64,000 nt of DNA from assembly GCA_013239625.1 (NCBI GenBank), contig MU053352.1:479485-543484 (forward strand), written 5' to 3'. A program made the translations under genes and the position numbers. Of this stretch, positions 48,001 to 61,402 are shown piece by piece (within the stretch, counting starts at the first letter, position 1; each line of letters starts with the position of its first letter). The notes under the pieces are model-generated. The model did no database searches and was not told the DNA's origin. It worked only from the letters and a program-made list of their open reading frames with translations. The stretch comes from Lama guanicoe (taxonomy: Eukaryota).

Positions 48001-50177
48001 ACAGGAGTCCTAAGGACCCTGGCAAGGTGAAACATAAGCCCCTTGATTTTTAAAGCACTGTACATACACTTTGTAGGCCAATCTCGGCCTATGTGATATC
48101 AGTTTTCTTTATAACATCCCTGGTAAGTGGTGGTTCAGCCACTACTTGAACACAGTAATTAATTACCTCAAGAGGTACCATTTCATTTTTAGGCACCTTT
48201 ATTGTTAAAAATATCTTTCTTCCTAACAAAAAATCCCAGAAGTTTCCCTCCTTATAATTCTTATTAGGTGGTTCTAATTTTGCACATCCCTCCTACCAAG
48301 CCACAGATTATGAGTCCTCTGCCACAAAACAGACTTTTTAAAAATATTTGAGGGCAGTCATCTTAATTCAGTTAAGCATACCTACTAGTATGCTTACTTA
48401 ACTTGGTTTCTGAACAAAGAAGGGTGGGAAAAACAGGCAGAGGGAACAGATGGAAAAGAAAGCACTGTGCAAAAAAGAGGGGAAAAAAAGGTCAGAAGAG
48501 ACTAAAATAAATGAAGGTTTTGAGGAAAAGGCAAGAGACATTTATTCTAATACATCTAGAAGCCCAGAGAGAGATGCTACAGTATCTCATTAGGAAAGAG
48601 TTTACTCTCTGAGATGCCAAGCTTTCGAGCCTCTGGAACCAAATGAAATTAAGCAATGGTCCAGATATGCCCAAGCATCCTTATTCTTGTTATATACATT
48701 TAGACATAAAGTCCTAGAAAGGTACATATCCTAACAGTCTCCACATGGGCACCTAACCAGAAAGATAAAAAGCCATTGAAAATACCACCAGGATACTAGT
48801 CCCTCCCTACACTGGATTCTATAGTAAAGAAGCATGAATGCACCTCAGAAGTCACTGTGCAGCTCAGCAAGAAGTAAAACAAATGCCTACACCAAGAGCT
48901 TCCAAATGATGTACCAAGGCACTTGCTGCACCACAAAGAACTTAGGGGTGACATATGGGATGTTCTAAATTTTCAAGGGAAGCAGTTCTTGATACCTGTC
49001 AGGCACTGAGGGAACTACCAGATCAAAAAAGCTCACAATTTCATTAGATCCTACTACACTGCTTTCCATGACATCAGATCTGAATCTTTGGGAAGTTAGA
49101 TTTTTCAGCAGTTACTATGGTTAAAAAGTCAGTACCACAGAAAAATTAATGTGGAAAAGGCAACAAATGTGGGAATATTCAATCTGATTCCAAAGTCTGA
49201 GAAGTTACGTGGTACCCAACAGTGCCCATATCCCATTAGTAAATAACTGTGGCTGTAAAGACATAAATAATTGCATTTTTTGGATCTGTTTAACAAATGG
49301 AACCATTAGGTATTTTTTTTTTTTGGCTGGGAGCACTGTAAAAAAAATTACTAGGACAAGAAAAGTTGTTAGGAAATAACGGCTGAGCCACTAAGGGTAC
49401 TGTGAATGTAGAAAGTCTGGAAACCTCTAGCCTAGATTTAAATGTCATGAAATTCAGAATTTGTCTTATTTGCTGTGCAGCCAACAAGAATATCTTCCAT
49501 TATATTTTACATATATCTTCTTTCATACCCAAGAGGACTCCTTATTTGGGAGTCCTAAATGTGCCATCTAAGAACTTCTCAAGACACCAACTTCATTAGG
49601 CTTCACAGAGAATTTTCCACTAAAAAGGGCCTGACCATTTCTACATTAAAAAGTTTCTAATGGCTCCCCCAGCTACTACATAATAGATAAAATTCAGCTT
49701 CCTTAGCAGGCACACAAGACCTTTCATAATTCAGCTCCAATCTACCTTTCCAGATTCAGTTTCTACCACTCCCTGTCCCACACCTAAGCTCATACCATAG
49801 CAAACTGTTCACCATTAAGGCTGCTTGAAATTGCCCTTTACATTCTCTGGCTGGAGAAATTCTATTTGAACTTTAAGACCCACCCCATTGTTACTTTCAA
49901 CATGAAACTTTTTTTTGTCTTACCAGACGATCTCCCCAACCACCCTCAGGTGGAAAAAGTAGTCTTTCCTTTCTCCACACAGTCTCCACTGTTGTACAGT
50001 CAAACACTAAACCATTTGTTTTATTGTTTTTATGTACTATTCTATCTCCCCTGCTAGACACTGAGGGCCTGGCAGATCAAAGATCAGCCCTGGCTTACAG
50101 GGAGTTCCAAATAAGTGCTTTTTAAATAAATAAAAGAACTGATTCCTTCCCTTCCTTGGCTTGCAGACCTGACTCAC

Positions 50178-50353
50178 CTGGATCTTGGCACCTTTGTATC
50201 TGATGACACCAGGCACAGTGGTCAGAGTAGTGAACTCATAGGCTGCCACCTCAGAATAGACTCCCGCCAGATTACTAAGCAGTGTTGACTTCCCCACAGA
50301 TGGAAAACCCACAAACCCAATTCGAGCATCACCTGTCTTGGCAACATCAAATC
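50178..50353 (-). CDS. DRG1: DRG1 exon 3 ([25 protein letters not shown]...[21 protein letters not shown]), G1 and G2 motifs
   Basis: tttcag| acceptor, CAG|gtgagt donor, 176 nt; ORF 50037..50429. Confidence 0.98.
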
Positions 50354-51128
50354 CTGAAACATCAATAAATATCAGAAAGAAGAGACAAATTATCCCTGGG
50401 AGCACTGAGACTTGTAATTCATTTAACATTCTGGATGCCTATCCCTCTAGAACCTATTTCTCCAACTTGTTACAGTTTAGCTTTATAACTTAAGCACACA
50501 AAATTCCCCCATAGCAAGTCACAATATTTAATGCAGTGTTTAATGTAAAAACTTTATGCCTCTATAGCTTAAACTGTTGCATATCTTTCTAGCACCCATA
50601 GTACTTAAGAAACCAAATATTAAATAACTGATCTAAAAAAATTGGTTTCTCTTTTTTCTTACAAACCCTGTGACTGAGTCTTCTTTTCTTACAATAGGTT
50701 GCAAACAAATTCAAAGTCAAATTTGTGGCCCTTCTCTACGAAGTGTATAAACCTTATGACTTACTTTTGGTCCTAAACTTTGCTCTCTTGGCTTCAACCT
50801 ATTCTTTCTACCAGCATTTCCCTTTGTATCAAGTTCCTTAATTATTCTTTATATTGTTGACTGTATTTATTTACATGTTTCTGTGAGCCACTGTAAATCT
50901 ATTTTGGATCAGTACAGGATATATATAAATAAAACCCTAGCTCACTTAAAAACTATTCATTTGCCTTTAAAATCAGTAGGATAAAATAAACACAATTCAA
51001 GAATTTATGCTTAGAAAATTACAAACCTACGTTCATAGAAATTCTAAAATTATGTTTAAACCATACACCTATATTATCTTGATTAAAAATTACACCCCTC
51101 AAAAAAATTGATGAAGAAAAACACAAAC

Positions 51129-51252
51129 CTTCTCCTGGCCCACCACCACCACCACCTTTTGGAGTAATGAGTTCCCTGCGAAGCTTAGCAAGGCGAGCCT
51201 TAAGCAGCCCTAGGTGGTGTGCTGTGGCCTTGTTCTTCTGAGTCCGAGCCAT
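51129..51252 (-). CDS. DRG1: DRG1 exon 2 ([41 protein letters not shown]), N-terminal HTH region including Lys22
   Basis: ttttag|ATG acceptor, AAG|gtttgt donor, 124 nt. Confidence 0.97.
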
Positions 51253-51879
51253 CTAAAAGGGAGGAATAACAGCCATAAATCAGAAAATCAGAGCAGTTCC
51301 TACACGGTAAAATAACCAGAATGAATGCTCCCTCAGCTCTGAGAGAATGTTTTTTCCTAGGTCCTACTAATGTCAACATATCCATTTTAAGGCAGACTTA
51401 AGAATAAAAATCCATTCTCTCCATCACCAAGCCCAATCTCCCAATTACATAACAAGCAACTGAGGTCCAAAGAGAAGAAACATGACCAAGGCTATCACAA
51501 TTAGTATTCACAGATTAAACTAAAACTCAGCTGCTCATTCCTTTTCAATTGCTTGTACCTGGTGTGCCCCATTCAATCTTAAAAAGCTCTGAGCGCTTCA
51601 AACAGAATCACACAACAATCCAGGTGGAGTCAACGGCTACCATAGGTGACAATTTACTTCCAGATTCTATTCCCTGGGAGCAAAACTCTGGGAAAGGGGG
51701 TCCTCAAAGAAGAGATTGGAGATAGGGTGAGGGGTTTGAGGGATGATGAGGAAAGATACTGAAGTACTTGAGCAGGTCAGGGCTGAAGTGGGGGGACAGG
51801 ATTCAGTACTGCTCACAGGAAAGGAAAATACTAAGAGAAATAATGTTTGGACAGGACCTAACACTGAAAAAGGGTACTA

Positions 51880-52640
51880 AGTGCAGCCGTGCGGAATGTG
51901 GGCAGTGGGAGGAGGGGTCAGGGAGGAGGGATTGGGGAACGCAGGCCCAGGCTCAGGGGGGTCGGGGGACGCGGGCCCGGTTCTGACGCGGCTGAAGGAA
52001 GTTCAGGAAGGAGCGACGCCGCCTAAGAGAAACGCTAAGACGGAATATTCGAACGCCCATTACCTCGGCTTCGATCTCCGCGATTTTGGCCAAGGTGCTG
52101 CTCATGGTGACGAGACGCAGGGAACGCAGCGGCCTCCAGAAGGGTAGTCTCCTTTCGCACACCCGCCGGCAGACCTGCCACAGCCACTAGGCGCTACAGC
52201 AGTGCGCAAGCGCGGAGCTTCCTATTTCTCGCGAGAGTCAAGCCTGAGACATACCGCGAGATGTAGAACGTGAAGTGGTCTCCTCCTCCTTAGTCAACCC
52301 CGCCCCGCCCCGCGAGCCAGCGCGGTGTCATAGAGCCCGCGGGAGCGGGGGCCAGAGAGGCCGCCCAGGCCGTGCCTCCCCGAGCGCGCCGAGGGTCGCG
52401 CGCCGCTCGGCCCCGCCCCGCCGGACTAGCGCCCCGCGTCCGGCTCGCCCGGCGCCTGGTGTGTGACGAGCGACTCCTCGCCGCAGGCCCGCGCCCCGCA
52501 GCCCCTCTTCCTGAAAAGCGCGGTCACCCCGCCACCCCGCTTCTTCGCCCTCACGGACGGGTCCCGGGGCCCCTTTCTCGCTGGGGAGACGCCCCAGGGG
52601 ACTGATGTAGAGACCGATCTTCAATCGGCCGCGTTCTCTT
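51880..52640. promoter_or_regulatory. DRG1: CpG-island promoter of DRG1 (TATA-less) with NRF1-like site, CGCG palindrome and GC boxes
   Basis: The only CpG-dense stretch in the window; TGCGCAAGCGC 52203-52213, TCTCGCGAGA 52227-52236, tandem CCCCGCCCCGCC near 52298 and 52410. Confidence 0.9.
52064..52105 (-). CDS. DRG1: DRG1 exon 1 coding part (MSSTLAKIAEIEAE)
   Basis: gtcaccATG Kozak context, GAG|gtaatg donor; 9 exons sum to 1104 nt. Confidence 0.97.
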
Positions 52641-53350
52641 GGGAAAGGAAAATGCCCCCTTTCCGTCACTCAGAACTAATTTTAGGTGTCTGTTTTGTTT
52701 ACCCCCAACCCCGAGTAGAGTGCGTGGCACATGGTGAGCCCACAATAAATACGTGATTGAACGGATAATTCCCAGGGACCCTGCACTTGCTTGTAATCCT
52801 GAAAAATTCGAAACTGTGTTAATGCCCCTCAGCAGGGAAATGGATAAATAAATAATGGAACCTCTATGCTGTGAAATACTGTTTCAGCCATTAAGACACA
52901 GACTTGCGTGGTCTGACTGGAAGATGCCTAAGACGTATTGTTTAAAAAAAAAACAAAGTAGAACTACACCTACATTGTGATCCCATTTATGCTGGTTTTA
53001 GAATTAGATGTTTGTTTATATAGGTGTTCGTGTCGGAAAGCGCATTGTTCAATGTTCTGAATAAAAGGTTACAATCTCAAGCTGTTAACAGTGGGATGGG
53101 ATGCGCGGAGAAAGCCTTTACCTTGTTGTCCCACATATTCCTGTGTCCTTCAGTTTTTTTTTCTCTTTAAGATTAATGTGTCCATGTATTATTTGTGTGA
53201 AAATAATAATAAAATTTAAAATTTCAAAAGACTCCCCTTCCCCAAATGTCCTGTGAAGAGGAAGCCGGGATGTCCAGAAGCCCTGTGCTGATTTTGAAAG
53301 CTGCTTCCTGCGGAATCAATGAATTCTTGACGATAGATTGATTGATCCAT

Positions 53351-53920
53351 TGAGAGTTCACAGGCCAGGCTTAACCCTCAGAGAAGGCCTCCACTCAGCC
53401 CTGGAAGGGAAGTTTATTTATTTAAATTAGTAAGTAAGAACAATTCCAACTTGCCAGAGACAGAAAAAGAGGTTTTATCGGGCATAAGGGAGGGAATGGG
53501 AAAAGGAAAGCTTTTACAGAAGGTCCCCAAAGGTCCCAGGAGTTTCTTTCTTTTCTTTAGCCTCAGCCTTTTCATAAATAAATTAAGGGGTGATGAGGTA
53601 ATTAGATCCTGTGCCATCAGTAACGGAGCAGAGAAGAGGAGAGGAAGTCCAGCTGGAATGGGATATGATCAAAGATAAGTCTTAAAAGACAGATAAAATC
53701 AAATCAGCAAGCCTTTCCTAAGTTAGAGTAGTTACAGAATTAATTGGTTGACAATATCAAGGGCATCCTGCTCTGTGAGTAGGTTCTCCTTAGCAAATCT
53801 GTCAAGGGAAGCTTGCAGCCAAGTTAACCACTTCATTGCTCAGGCACACCCCAGTCCCACCGTGGGGGCCCCAAGCTGTCAAGATTGTGCCAAAGGGTAA
53901 CCCACGTTCTGGGTGGCCAT
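53351..53920 (-). mobile_element. Possible solo LTR, family not identified
   Basis: On the minus strand begins tggccacccagaacgtgggtt and ends aataaa...ctctca, an LTR-like layout. Confidence 0.35.
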
Positions 53921-56860
53921 CGTATTCATCCAAAAAATATTAACTGAGCTCCTGCTGCTGCTTGGCACTGTACCAGGGCTGAGGACAGAGCAAAGAGTGA
54001 ATCAGACACTGTCCCTGCACTTAAGAAATATCTAGGTTGGGAGGCCAAGGCCAGGCCTTTAAGCTCAGCTTCAAAGAGCCAAAGGTAGCCCAGGTCGGCT
54101 TGGTACTAACCACAACAGAGGGCCTGTTTGCTATAGGACTAAACCACTGCTGCCTTAGCACTGTATTTCTTTAAAAAAAAAAATTAAAACAATTTTTTTA
54201 ATTAAATAAAGACACACAGAAAAGCTTTGTTTTTTGCCAGGACACTCCAACACTTCTGAAATAATTGCACTTCAAATGTGCAGGTTCTCTGGCACTGGTT
54301 TTTTCTGCTCAGGATACTATTCTACCTTTTCCTTCCACCTCCCATATCTGGCTAACTCTTCCTCAACCTCATAGTCTTCTGATTCATGTAGTCTCTGAGA
54401 CACATTCCTTGGTACTCAAGGCCAGGCAGAGGCCCGCCAATGGCTTCCCCAGGTTCTCATGACATCAAAGCACAATCACTCTGCTTGTTTCCTTGTCTGA
54501 TTCCCCACTAACCCATGAACCCATAAGCCTATGAGGGAGGAGCAGTACGAACCCTCAGCACCAGGATGGGGGCAGCTACATCAAGCCTTTGAAACATATT
54601 TATTTTTAAAAATGGAAATAAAAACAAGGAGATGGGGAAAAATTTTAAGAAGCAGCAGAAAAGATACTTAATTTTTTTTCCTAAGTGAGCATTTATACCT
54701 TATTACAGACACCGTAGTAATTGAGAGCTAAATACCTGTGTCTGGTTGATGGCAGGAGAAGTAATAGGATAAATGATACATGAAAAACCTATGTTACCAC
54801 TTTTTAAGGCTTCGCTTCTAAACAGATCAAAATACCCAGGATACTGTAACAGCAGAGAGTGGGAAGCCTTCCGTGAAAGACAGTGATTAATGTTGTTAGT
54901 GACTGATGTGTGCTTTGCTCTTAGAAGGAGGATTCTCAAGAATGTGCACACCCAGGGCACGATGAAGAAGGTTCTTCTCTACAAACTTTCTGTCTCTTAG
55001 ATGCAAAGAAAAATTAAAATACACAAATGTCTTCACTAAATAAAAGTCCGCTTCTTCTGCCATTCAAGTGGGTGATTCCTTGCCCCATATGATTCATTCT
55101 AGTCATTTCAGTTCAGTGTGTACCACGTGCCAGGGCCTGTGCTAGGCAGTGGGGATAAGAAGATAAGATACTTTTTCCCCCAGGAGAGGAGTGAGGTAGG
55201 AAAGTACCCAAAGCTGAGTTAACACAAGGCTCAATGAATGAGGTTAAGTCTCAGGAGACATATAAACGAGGTACCTTGTAGGGGTCAAAGAAGGAAGTGC
55301 TTACATCTGGTTTGGGTCAGAAAAGGGCTCTGAAAGAGCTGTGCCCAGGAAGATGGAGATGGAGGTGAACGAAACAGAACATTCCAGGCAGGGGAGAGAG
55401 GGGCGCAGCACACATGGGCAGGCCTCAAAAGGGCCACTGGGCTGGAGTGAGTATATGTGATAAGCTAAGGAGGTCCCCAGACAGCAAATTATTCTTAAAC
55501 ATCAACATACATCCTGCTCATCTGAGATCCTGCATATGGTCAGCATGGGAAGTCATTTTTAGGGGCTAAAAAAGCAAACAGTACTTTGCTTAAGGATAAT
55601 TGACTTTCCTTCCCTAACTTTTCTTCTGAGAAAGTTGTAAAAATGCCCCAACACTGGTATTCTTTGTTCTAAGTAAGTATGCTCAAAACAGAAGAAATGA
55701 GCTAATGAGAAATCTTATCGAAACCCTGAACTGGAAATGTCAACCTAGTTTAGCAAAATGGAGGCATTGGGGGTGCAGAGGAATCAAGAAATAAATGTGC
55801 TCTAAAGGCTTAGTCATTGTTTAATTGTGGTATGTTAATAAAGAAATACAGATTTGATGATGATGTTAGCAATGGGAAGGTAACAATGGTAGAATTGAAA
55901 AGTATGGGAGAGCTTCTAAATTAACAGGGGGTACAGGGAAATGTGATTTAGGCAGCAAAAGTAACAAAAAAGAGAAAGAGGAAATAATAAAGTAGGATAA
56001 ATGTTAACGTAAAATGGAATGAAATATACCTGTTCTCATACAAGAAACAGACTGATTTCAAAAACAGAGATTTGGATTTTTAAAAAATCTAGCTGGACCT
56101 TAAATATGAAAAAAAAACAAAACCTCAACAATTGACAAAGTTTCAAAATAAAAGAATGAAAATAGATACGTGGCTCGCTAAAGATACACCAGATAAATGC
56201 AAACAAGAAGAAAATAGTGTTATTCATAATAGGTAAAAAGTAGAAATGACTCAAATGTCTATGAACTGAAGAATGGATAAATAAAATGTGATATATCCAT
56301 AAAATGGAATATTATTCAGCAATAAAAAGAAATGAAGTACAGATACATGCTACACTATGCAAAACCTTAAAAACATTATATTGAGTGAAAGAAACCAGTC
56401 ACAAAAGACCATATATTATAAGATTTCATTTATATGAAATATCCAAAATAGGAAAATCTGTAGGGACAAAAAGTATATGAGTGGCTGCCTAGGATTCGGG
56501 GGTGGGGGGGAACCGTGGGTTGATGACTCCTAAAGTGTAGGGGGGTTCTTTTTGAGGTGATGAAAACGTTATAAAATTGATTGTGGAGATAGTTGCACAG
56601 CATTGCAAATATACTAAAACCCACTGAATTGTATTTCTTTTTTAATCTTCTAAATGTCCAAATGGTAGAAATTACATAGACTGTGTTCTCTGAACAGAAT
56701 CCAGTAAAACTAAATATCAACAAAAAAGATATGAGGCAAATGTAACCACTTGGAAACTAAGAAACATTCTCCTAAATAAAATTTTAAAAAGTAAAATTTC
56801 AAGGCCAAGATAGGGGTATAGGAGTAAGAGATACAAACTACTATGTATAAAATAAATGAG

Positions 56861-56963
56861 AATCCCCAGTACCTCCATTAAAACAAACAAACAAATAAAT
56901 AAATAAATAAACAAATCTAATTATCTCCCTCCCAAAAATAAAAAATAAATTTAAAAAATACAT
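56861..56963 (+). mobile_element. 5'-truncated tRNA-derived SINE nested in an L1 tail
   Basis: TSD taaaataa(a/g)tgag at 56848-56860 and 56964-56976. Confidence 0.8.
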
Positions 56964-57851
56964 TAAAATAAGTGAGCAACAAGGACATATTGTACAGCAC
57001 AGGGAAGTGTAGCCATTGTTTTGTAATAAATTTAAATGGAGCATATAATCTATTAAAAATTGAATCACTACATTGTATACCTTAAACTAATTTAATATTG
57101 TAAATCAACTATACTTCAATAAAATAAATATTAAAAATGAAATTTCAAGTTAACTATAATCTTATGAATAAGATTTCATGCCAAAACCATGGGAGTACTG
57201 CTAAAGCTGTACTCAGAGGAAATCATGTAGTCTTAAAGGTTTTTATTATTTAAAAAAAGATAAATCAGTTAAATATTCAAATTTAAAAATTAGTATAAGA
57301 ACTACATAAAGTTGAAAGTGCTAAAAATTTAAATAGAAAATCAATAAATAATAATTCCTTAAAATAATCGAAAGGATTTGAAAAGCCCAATAAAATGGAA
57401 AGGAAAAATATCCTTCGAAGCCTGAAAAATGGGTAAAGGATAGGAAAAAAAAAAAATACACAGTAACTAAGAATTAGAAAGGGCCTATAACCACTAATAA
57501 TAGCAATTAAATGATTACAAAAGGCTGTTATGTATAACTCTATGCCAAAGAATTAGAAAATCTAGGGGAAATAATGACTTCTTGGCAAAAAATGAAATAC
57601 TACAACTCATCCAAGAAGAAAAAAAAGCCCTAAGTAGACTAATATGTAACCAAAAGAGATTGGAAAAGTTATCAATCATTTTAAAAGGCATCAGGTTGAG
57701 GTAGTTTTACAGCTGAGGCATCTTTGATTTTAAAGAACAAGAAGAAACTTGGGGATGAGATATGTTGATTATCTTCATTTCTTTATTGTTGTGATGGTTC
57801 CATGGGAATGTGCATAAATTAAAGCTCATCAATTGCACATTTAAAAAAAAG

Positions 57852-57938
57852 GTTTTTTTAAAGGAGGTACTGGGGATTGAACCCAGGACCTCGTGCATGC
57901 TAAGCATGTGCTCCACCGCTGAGCTATACCCTCCACCC
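57852..57938 (-). mobile_element. tRNA-derived SINE (Vic-1-like)
   Basis: ggaggtactggggattgaacccaggacctcgtgcatgctaagcatgtgctccaccgctgagctataccctcc. Confidence 0.9.
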
Positions 57939-59477
57939 ACAACTGTGCAAATTAAATGTGCATTATGTCATTTACGCCTCTGAAAAGATGTTTATGAAAA
58001 GACAGAGAGAGAAAGTAGGACCTCCACTTCCAATGATGACTAATCCTTTAATCCTAAGCAACTATAAAACTGGACAAAATCAGAGGTAATTGCTTTCACG
58101 CATTGGAAAACAGGCAACACTGACTGTGATCCTTGAGAAAAAGGAAATAGACAAGATGAGCCCCATGTTTGTCCTGGCTTTCTGCCTGGTGACAATTTCC
58201 CAGTGGCAGAGGATCCCAAGCAAAGGAGTGGTCTTCCTGAGCTGAAAAGGCAGAAATGAGTATTTGGGGCTGCTGAAGCAGCAGGAATTTGCAGGTCAGG
58301 GTACAGAAGAGGAGGGACTAGCAAAACAGGGCGTGGGGGGAGGCAAAAGTCTACCCGGGAATTCCTCTTGATTCTTTGGCCAAAGAAGGCTGGGCTGTGG
58401 GCCGTGTGTGTGTACAGAGGGAGACTCTGAGGCTCAGCAGAGAGCAACTGCTCAGGGCTGAGAGCTGAACAGGGATACCAAAGTTGGCTCAGTGTTGGAA
58501 TATGGAGTTCAAGCCCAGCCAGAGTGGACATGCTGAATATTTTGGTAATTCGGTTGAGATCCCCAAAAGCCCATGCTTTAGAAATAAGAACTAAGTTCTA
58601 GAGTAAAGGCATGCCCCGGGACCAAAGACAAAACCAAAAAGACTTTTTCAAACACGACTTAAAACCAAACCTGATAGGAGCAAGAGTCTCCACCAATAAC
58701 TTAACCACCTGCCAGACCAAAGCCCAAAACCCTTGAAAAGAATGTGACAAAATCCAGATTCCCTACAATGTACCACTTATGTTTACCAGACAATAAACAA
58801 TTACTGCACATGCAAAAAGACCCCAAGAGGACCTAGGTGTTTGGAATTAGCAGAAAAGGATTTAACACATATTATAAACACGTTCAAGGATTTAAAGGAA
58901 GAAATGGACATAATGAGGGAATATCTCAGCAAAGAAATGGAAAATATAAAAAATGGGAGTTATAGAACAGGTGAGTACAATGTCTGAAATGAAAAATTCA
59001 CCTTATGAAGTTAACAAAAGATTAAAAAGTGTACAGTAAAGCTTGAATAAACTTGAAGCATCAATAGTAATTACCTAAATTGAAAAACAAAGAGAAAAAA
59101 ATGAGGGGGAAGAAAACGAACAGAGTCTTAGTGTCCCACAGGACAATATCAAATCATAACATACTTGTAACAGGAGCCCCGAAGGAGAGGAGAGATGATA
59201 GGGTAGAAAAACCATACAAAGAAATAAGGGCCAAAATTTCCCAAATTTGGCAGAAAACATCATCCTACAGATCCAAGAAACTCAGCAAAACCTCAAGTAG
59301 GATAAATACAAACACCTGGAAACATAATAGCCAACGTGCTGAAAGCCATGGATAAAGAGAAAATCTAAACAGCAGCCGGTGGGAAAAAGACATGGGAGGT
59401 GGGGTGCATGGTGAGAAACTCACTCCTCATCAGAAACAGATGCGGGACACCAGAGCAACCTCTTTAAAGTGCTGAAT

Positions 59478-59645
59478 TGTGGGGGAGGGTACAGTTCTGT
59501 TGTAGAGTGTGTGCTCAGCAAGCACCAGGTCCTGGGTTCAATCCCCAGCACCTCCATCAAAAATGAGTAAATAAACCTGATTACCTCCCCTGAAAAAATA
59601 AATAACTTTTTTAAAAGTTATTAAATTTAAGTAAATAAATAAAAA
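59478..59645 (+). mobile_element. tRNA-derived SINE with 13-bp TSD
   Basis: TAAAGTGCTGAAT at 59465-59477 and 59646-59658. Confidence 0.9.
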
Positions 59646-60070
59646 TAAAGTGCTGAATAAAGTATAAACCCGGAATTCTATCCAGTAAAAATATTCTAAG
59701 AAAATGAGGTGAGATAAAGAGAAACTCAGATAAACAAAAGTTAAAAAAGAGAGTTCATTACTAGCCTTAAGAAATGCTAAAGGAAATTCTCCAGATGGAA
59801 CTCAGATGAGCTAAAAAGAATGATAAATATGTCGATGAATACTTTTAACTGTCTTCTAAATTATGTATCAATTATATCTCAGTAAAACTGGAAAAATGTG
59901 CCTTTTTTATTTTCTTTAAAAAAAACGACTATTTAAAGCAAAACAATAATATCGTATTGTGAAGTTTGTATAAACACATGAAAAATAAGATTATAACAGC
60001 ACAAAGGACAATAATGGAGCTGTAAATGGAATTATATTTTTGTAAGATTCTCACGTTTTGGTACAGTATT

Positions 60071-60225
60071 TTGTTTTGTTTTGTTTTTTGTTTTTCTTTT
60101 TGCAGGGGGGAGGTAACTAGGCCTACTTATTATTTTTTTTTAATGTAGGTACTGGGGATTGAACCCAGGACCTCATGCATGCTAAGCATGCGCTCTGCCA
60201 CTTGAGCTATATCCTCCCCCCCGCC
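60071..60225 (-). mobile_element. tRNA-derived SINE with 11-bp TSD
   Basis: ggtaca(g/a)tatt at 60060-60070 and 60226-60236. Confidence 0.9.
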
Positions 60226-61257
60226 GGTACAATATTAAATCATCTTAAAATGGCCGGAATTAAAAGTATTAGAAGAAACTTGAGGGTAACATTTATTAAA
60301 ACCTTGGGTTAGAGAAGTTTTCTAAAATAAGACAAACCCACGGGCCCTAAAGGAAATGACTGGCAAATTTAACTATAAAAGGTATTTTTGGACTGCAGAA
60401 GACACCAAAAACAAAGTCAAATATAAATGACTAGCTGGTAAAAAAATATTTACAATGCGTATGAAAGACAAAAATTTATAGTTCTCACTATACAAAAAAG
60501 CCTCCACAAATTGTTATGGGGGAAAAAAAAAGACAACCACTCCAACAGAGGAGTGAGCAAAGGATATGAACAGGCAATTCTAAGAAGAGAAAACCCAAAT
60601 GGTCAGTAAATATAGGAAAAACTGCTTACTGTGTCCAGGGGAATTCCAATTAAAGAAACAATGAGATAGCGCTTTGTCCCTTAATATATTGATAAAAATA
60701 GAGAAAAGACATCCAGTGCTGGTAAGAACGTGGTTAAAAAAAAAAAAAAAAAAGGACATTCTCATTCCTTGCTACTGGAAAGATGAATTGTCATAATCCT
60801 TTAGGAAAATAAGATGATAGTGTTTACAGAAATTTAAAACACACATGCCCTTTGACCCTGCATTTCCACTTTGGGGAATCTACTGTATAATTCCTGAATA
60901 AGTATGAGAATGTTTATGGCAGTATTGTTTGCAGTTCAAAAAAAAAAAGCCTGAAACAAGCCAATGTCTGTCAACAGGAGAACAGTAGAAGCCTTTCTGT
61001 ATATGAACAATATAGAATTATACACAGCTACTAAGCAAGAATGAGTAAGAGCTTTATTTTTTTTTAACTAGGAGGGATATACATGATACTTCATGACACT
61101 TTTATTTTTAGGTGAAAACTAATTTATAGAGTAATATGTACAGTGTACCCAATTTTTATAAAAAGACAAACAAAAAAACCTCACACAAAATCCTGTAAAT
61201 AAAAGCTCTCAATGGCCAAAGCTGGAACAATTTGAGGAAGAAGATAAAGAAGTATTG

Positions 61258-61402
61258 GTGGGGGGAGGGTAGAGCTCAGTGGTAGAGCATATGCTTAGCA
61301 TGCATGAGGTCCTGGGTTCAATCCCCATGACCACCGTTAAAAAATAATAATAATAAAAATAAGTAAATAAGATAAACGTAATTACCTCCCCTTCCAAAAA
61401 AA
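61258..61402 (+). mobile_element. tRNA-derived SINE (Vic-1-like)
   Basis: gggggagggtagagctcagtggtagagcatatgcttagcatgcatgaggtcctgggttcaatcccca. Confidence 0.9.

Noticed and set aside
4579..52105. U12-type (minor) introns
   Set aside because: All 24 donors were read and none has the RTATCCT consensus.
52275..52756. Cluster of Arg/Pro/Gly-rich ORFs
   Set aside because: Expected from stop-poor CpG-island composition.
58040..58531. 163-aa ORF, the longest in the track
   Set aside because: Antisense to a degraded L1 5' region; no recognisable domain or splice context.
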